Part shown: in pieces, positions 32,364 to 35,772 of the stretch | How positions within the stretch are numbered: position 1 is the stretch's first letter | Layout of the letters: each line of letters begins with the position of its first letter | DNA from: a phage | Assembly: GCA_019566835.1 (NCBI GenBank) | Contig: GCA_019566835.1_3045.2 | Length of the DNA: 35,772 nucleotides | Strand: one strand, 5' to 3' | Notes under the pieces: generated by a model | Seen by the model: only the letters and a program-made list of their open reading frames with translations | Told to the model about the DNA's origin: nothing | The model's database searches: none | Made by a program: the position numbers and the translations under genes

Positions 32364-32952
32364 AAACTTTTACTTTAGGCTGTTCTTCAAACGGTAATTC
32401 ATATCCACATATTACAATTTTGTGATCGATACCAAAATACACAGAAGCAATATTATTAATATTATTTTCAGTGAAATCTAAATCAACATCAATATCTTTT
32501 TGACTAACGCTCAAAGGATAATTAATACGAATAATTCGATTATCTTTAACAAAGATTCCACCGACATACTCTGTGCTGCGTTTAAAGTTTACACGTTTCC
32601 TAAATGAAAAATATTCAGGTTCTTTATGGGCTCGACTCATAGGGCTTAAAGTGTATTCCGAATATGAAATATCAAATCCTACACCTTCAATATGAGCCAA
32701 AGTGTCATGATTAAACCAATTATAATCGTATGCCAAATCCATTAAATTGTAATATGTGAAAGGCACCGGATTAACATCATATGTTGTACCTTTAAAATCT
32801 GCCCAGGCAACGATTTCGTTATCTTTAACAATTACAAAAATTGTGCCAATAAGATATCCACGGTTATTTTCATCAGGCGTTATATTATAACATTGTGCAT
32901 CAGGAAATTTACCGTATTTAAACGGTGGATTTTTGTGCATATAATAAATCAT
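32320..32952 (-). CDS. Hypothetical protein (210 aa; 61.2-position ORF)
   Basis: ORF ending SIDDQIFNAFMNKG. Confidence 0.7.
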   Translation of the reverse strand: MIYYMHKNPPFKYGKFPDAQCYNITPDENNRGYLIGTIFVIVKDNEIVAWADFKGTTYDVNPVPFTYYNLMDLAYDYNWFNHDTLAHIEGVGFDISYSEYTLSPMSRAHKEPEYFSFRKRVNFKRSTEYVGGIFVKDNRIIRINYPLSVSQKDIDVDLDFTENNINNIASVYFGIDHKIVICGYELPFEEQPKVKVSIDDQIFNAFMNKG

Positions 32953-32953
32953 A

Positions 32954-33247
32954 TTATTCGCCTGTGATTTCGGTTACGATATTTTTGTTATTAAAGTTTT
33001 TATCGCAATACAGAACATAATTATACTGCATTACACCACCAGACTTAAGTTGTTTTTGCACTTCAGCTTTCATTTCAGGACGATCGCGCTCAACGATATT
33101 CATAATATCCGCTTCAATTTGAGTTTCAACTTCAGTCTGATCTGCAGTCATAGACCATTCACACAAATCTTTATCATATCCTGCCATAGCAGGCTGAGTA
33201 GCACAAGAAGCCAAAGTAAAAATTGTAGCAAAAATAAATTTTTTCAT
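32954..33247 (-). CDS. sp: Spackle periplasmic protein Sp
   Basis: 97-aa ORF with a cleavable signal peptide (MKKFIFATIFTLASCATQPAMA); T4 sp size and 61.3 position; SD GAGGAG. Confidence 0.7.
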   Translation of the reverse strand: MKKFIFATIFTLASCATQPAMAGYDKDLCEWSMTADQTEVETQIEADIMNIVERDRPEMKAEVQKQLKSGGVMQYNYVLYCDKNFNNKNIVTEITGE

Positions 33248-33275
33248 GATAATCTCCTCAGTAGTTTATGTTTAT

Positions 33276-33305
33276 ATAGTATCTCAATTTCCAACAAAAG
33301 TAAAC
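33276..33305 (-). promoter_or_regulatory. T4-type early promoter upstream of sp
   Basis: Minus strand reads GTTTAC, 18 nt, TACTAT. Confidence 0.6.
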
Positions 33306-33307
33306 AG

Positions 33308-33565
33308 CTATTTTAAAACTTCTGCGTAATCACATGTTACAAACTGTTTCTCTAGCTTAACGATTTTACGAAAATACCTTTTATACTGACGAATCTGCCT
33401 CTTCGTAGGACGTACAGCAAACTTAATAAATTCCACTCGACCAAATGGAGGACTTTCTTCTGCTGGAATATCTAACACCAATTCCCACGTATCCGCAATA
33501 AGTGCTTTGAATTGCGTATTTTTCCTGACGTTATACGGAGTAGGTTTAAATAAAACAATATGCAT
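33308..33565 (-). CDS. Hypothetical protein (85 aa; 61.4 position)
   Basis: Start taken at MHIVLFKP with SD GAGGAT, which removes the overlap with dmd. Confidence 0.6.
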   Translation of the reverse strand: MHIVLFKPTPYNVRKNTQFKALIADTWELVLDIPAEESPPFGRVEFIKFAVRPTKRQIRQYKRYFRKIVKLEKQFVTCDYAEVLK

Positions 33566-33566
33566 A

Positions 33567-33749
33567 TTATCCTCGGCAATCCACTTCGCACACTTTCTTG
33601 TCATCAATGAAAGCTTTAACTAATGCTTTATTAACTTCAGCATATTGAGTAGTAGCCCATTGAACGTCATCTTTCATCATTGTGATTTCTTTAGTAAACA
33701 TGCTTTCATTCTTAAACCACCCCATAAAAACTACTTTTACCAATTCCAT
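33567..33749 (-). CDS. dmd: Dmd antitoxin (inhibitor of RnlA/LsoA)
   Basis: 60-aa ORF with SD GAGGAG behind an early promoter, between the 61.x ORFs and gene 41; matches T4 Dmd in length and position. Confidence 0.7.
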   Translation of the reverse strand: MELVKVVFMGWFKNESMFTKEITMMKDDVQWATTQYAEVNKALVKAFIDDKKVCEVDCRG

Positions 33750-33778
33750 AACAATCTCCTCATTTAACCAACAAGACT

Positions 33779-33808
33779 ACTATACCATAGTCTTGTCAGC
33801 TTGTAAAC
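33779..33808 (-). promoter_or_regulatory. T4-type early promoter upstream of dmd
   Basis: Minus strand reads GTTTAC, 18 nt, TATAGT; the -10 sits inside a 9-bp inverted repeat (ACAAGACTA/TAGTCTTGT) and the -35 overlaps the gene 41 stop. Confidence 0.6.
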
Positions 33809-35235
33809 TAAAATTTTAATTCATTTGCCAAAGCATCTAACTGAGCTCGAGCTGATTCGTTTCTTTGATAGCGATTCTGTTCAGCCTGAATCTGTTGTGA
33901 ACCTGCTACTTCACTCACTTCGGTTGGAGTAGAATCTTGTTCAATTTCTACCCATTTTTGATTTCCTTTTTGAACACCCATCAAAAACTTATTCCACTTA
34001 TTCTTATCACCATATCGTGATTTGATTTGCTTAATAAGTTGTTGTTCAGCAGCTGCTAGCTCCTCAGTTTCAATGACCGCAAGCATAAAATCAGCTGTTG
34101 CTGGAAGACCAGCAGATTCTGCAATATCGCTCATGTTAACATCGGAAGAGTCCCAAGCTTGTTTACCGACCTGTGCTGCAGTCCAAAGAACAGTTTCGGT
34201 TTCAACAGCCAGAGCACGCAATTCCTCTGCGATAGCTTTAACAGTTGTGTAACTATTTTCTGAATAAACTCGGATGCGACAAGATTTACAAATACCCAGA
34301 TAGTCGACAATAATGATTGTTGGAACAAAATTCTTTTTGAGCTTCAATTCATTCAAGAGAGACCTGAATGTGTTAGCGTCTGCTCCACCAGTAGGATATT
34401 GCTTAACGATTAAACGACCAAGGGTAGATTTCTCACGCCATTTTTCCATTTTTCCTTTATATTCAGCGTAAGAAATATGCCCATCATCAATGTCATCAAG
34501 AGAAACATCAAGCATGTTAGCGTCAATACGCTTAGCACAGACTTCTTCTGCCATTTCCATGGAAATGTAAAGAACATTATGACCGAGCTGCAAATAATCT
34601 GCCGCTAATGAACACAATCCTAATGATTTACCAACGTTAACGCCAGCCATTAAAACGTTCAGTGTTCCAGTCTCAGCTCCGCCTTTAGTAATTTTGTTTA
34701 GAATTCTGAGTTTAAATGGAACCTTACGAGCTTTATTCATATAAGATAGCCAACGCGCTTCATAGTCATCCATCCAATCATGACCAACGTAGCTATCAAA
34801 TGAAATTGATAATGCTTGGCGCATGATGTCAGGAATAGCACCTACATCTGGCATTTTCTTATTTCGTTTTTCCGGAGGAAGCTCAGCATTAGTTTGAATT
34901 TCGATTATTTTAGACGTAGCATTAAACATCGCCCTTTGCTGAACATATTTTTCTGTTTCTTTTACTAACCAGCTGTGGTCTTCTGGAGAATCAGCCAGTT
35001 TTGAAATAAGTGTTTTTACACCAGAATATTCTGTTTCAGTAAATGAACTATTTTCTAATGCAACATTTAACGCATTAATAGATGGAACGCTATGATACTC
35101 ATTAACATGAGATTTAATTAATTTGAACGTATTTTTAGCTGGACCACTTTCAAAATATTCTGAATCCATATATGGCCAAACTTTTGAAAAATAAGCTTGA
35201 TCAAATATAAGATGAGAAAGAATAATTTCTACCAC
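33808..35235 (-). CDS. 41: Replicative DNA helicase gp41 (DnaB family)
   Basis: 475-aa ORF with Walker A GVNVGKS and DnaB-like motifs; T4 gene 41 length. Confidence 0.95.
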   Translation of the reverse strand: MVEIILSHLIFDQAYFSKVWPYMDSEYFESGPAKNTFKLIKSHVNEYHSVPSINALNVALENSSFTETEYSGVKTLISKLADSPEDHSWLVKETEKYVQQRAMFNATSKIIEIQTNAELPPEKRNKKMPDVGAIPDIMRQALSISFDSYVGHDWMDDYEARWLSYMNKARKVPFKLRILNKITKGGAETGTLNVLMAGVNVGKSLGLCSLAADYLQLGHNVLYISMEMAEEVCAKRIDANMLDVSLDDIDDGHISYAEYKGKMEKWREKSTLGRLIVKQYPTGGADANTFRSLLNELKLKKNFVPTIIIVDYLGICKSCRIRVYSENSYTTVKAIAEELRALAVETETVLWTAAQVGKQAWDSSDVNMSDIAESAGLPATADFMLAVIETEELAAAEQQLIKQIKSRYGDKNKWNKFLMGVQKGNQKWVEIEQDSTPTEVSEVAGSQQIQAEQNRYQRNESARAQLDALANELKF

Positions 35236-35244
35236 ACTTACTCC

Positions 35245-35589
35245 TTAAAAGAATTTAAACTTTTTCTTTGATCTTTTATTAAATGCATCTTGTAGTTGCA
35301 TTGTAATACATTTTTCTACATGAGGAGCTAACTCAGCTTTTCTTTCTTGGTCAAGAACAGCAAAGTCCATTACGACTTTTCCATCAACCCAATCTAATTT
35401 TGTCACATACACAATGTGTGTAGAACCATCTTCTAGTTTAATGACAATCTCCTGGATAACATTTTCCATGGCAGATTTAATTATCTTAAGAGATTCATTA
35501 AAAAGACGTTCTTTTCTTTCTTCTTCCCCCTCCGAAGAGGGGGATTCATCGATAATTTCTAGATCTAAATCTAAATCATCTTTATTCAT
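35245..35589 (-). CDS. 40: gp40-position protein (114 aa)
   Basis: Start taken at MNKDDLDLDL (the ORF-track start at 35607 is GTG); lies between uvsX and gene 41 as in T4. Confidence 0.55.
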   Translation of the reverse strand: MNKDDLDLDLEIIDESPSSEGEEERKERLFNESLKIIKSAMENVIQEIVIKLEDGSTHIVYVTKLDWVDGKVVMDFAVLDQERKAELAPHVEKCITMQLQDAFNKRSKKKFKFF

Positions 35590-35772
35590 TAAATTCTTCC
35601 ATATCACTTAGCTGATCTAGGTCAGTTTCTAAATCAGCAGCTGATTTACTTTTACTTTCTGGAGATTTAAATTTTTCAACTTTTGAGTTAATTAATTCAT
35701 CAACTTCCGCTTCAACAATTTCATTACTATCAATAGCACCTAACTGATAAGCACGCTTAATAGCATCACGGA
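35582..35772 (-). CDS. uvsX: 3' end of uvsX (RecA-like recombinase), partial
   Basis: Frame open from the window edge; translates to ...RDAIKRAYQLGAIDSNEIVEAEVDELINSKVEKFKSPESKSKSAADLETDLDQLSDMEEFNE, an acidic tail. Identity is by position upstream of genes 40 and 41. Confidence 0.55.
   Translation of the reverse strand, partial: RDAIKRAYQLGAIDSNEIVEAEVDELINSKVEKFKSPESKSKSAADLETDLDQLSDMEEFNE

Noticed and set aside
1-35772. tRNA, rRNA, CRISPR arrays, transposases and integrases
   Set aside because: No cloverleaf-like GC-rich 70-90 nt segments, no regularly spaced direct repeats and no transposase or integrase motifs were seen; this is consistent with a lytic T-even backbone.

Overview
This window reads as a T-even (T4-like) myophage segment with T2-type variants at several loci. 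The plus strand carries the late tail-fibre/lysis block: the 3' end of a probable gene 36, gene 37 (long tail fibre distal subunit, 1287 aa, with a C-terminal intramolecular-chaperone module), a glycine-rich gp38 adhesin and the holin t. From 5351 onward the minus strand carries a dense early/middle block: asiA, arn, motA, topoisomerase gene 52, stp, ndd, denB, rIIB, rIIA, an uninterrupted topoisomerase gene 39, dexA, dda, srd, modA, modB, soc, gene 56, primase 61, sp, dmd, helicase 41, gene 40 and the 3' end of uvsX, interspersed with many small accessory ORFs. Gene names rest on my recognition of the protein sequences plus gene order and length; no database search was run. No tRNA, rRNA, CRISPR array or transposase was seen. 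The minus-strand block is punctuated by at least twelve near-identical T4-type early promoters, two MotA-box middle promoters and several C(UUCG)G hairpins. The most unusual items are a tandem family of three paralogous genes (19969-21381), a duplicated gene-junction cassette in the 61.x region, chains of tiny hydrophobic peptide ORFs, a consensus middle promoter antisense to modA, and a lone plus-strand ORF in the 56-61 gap.
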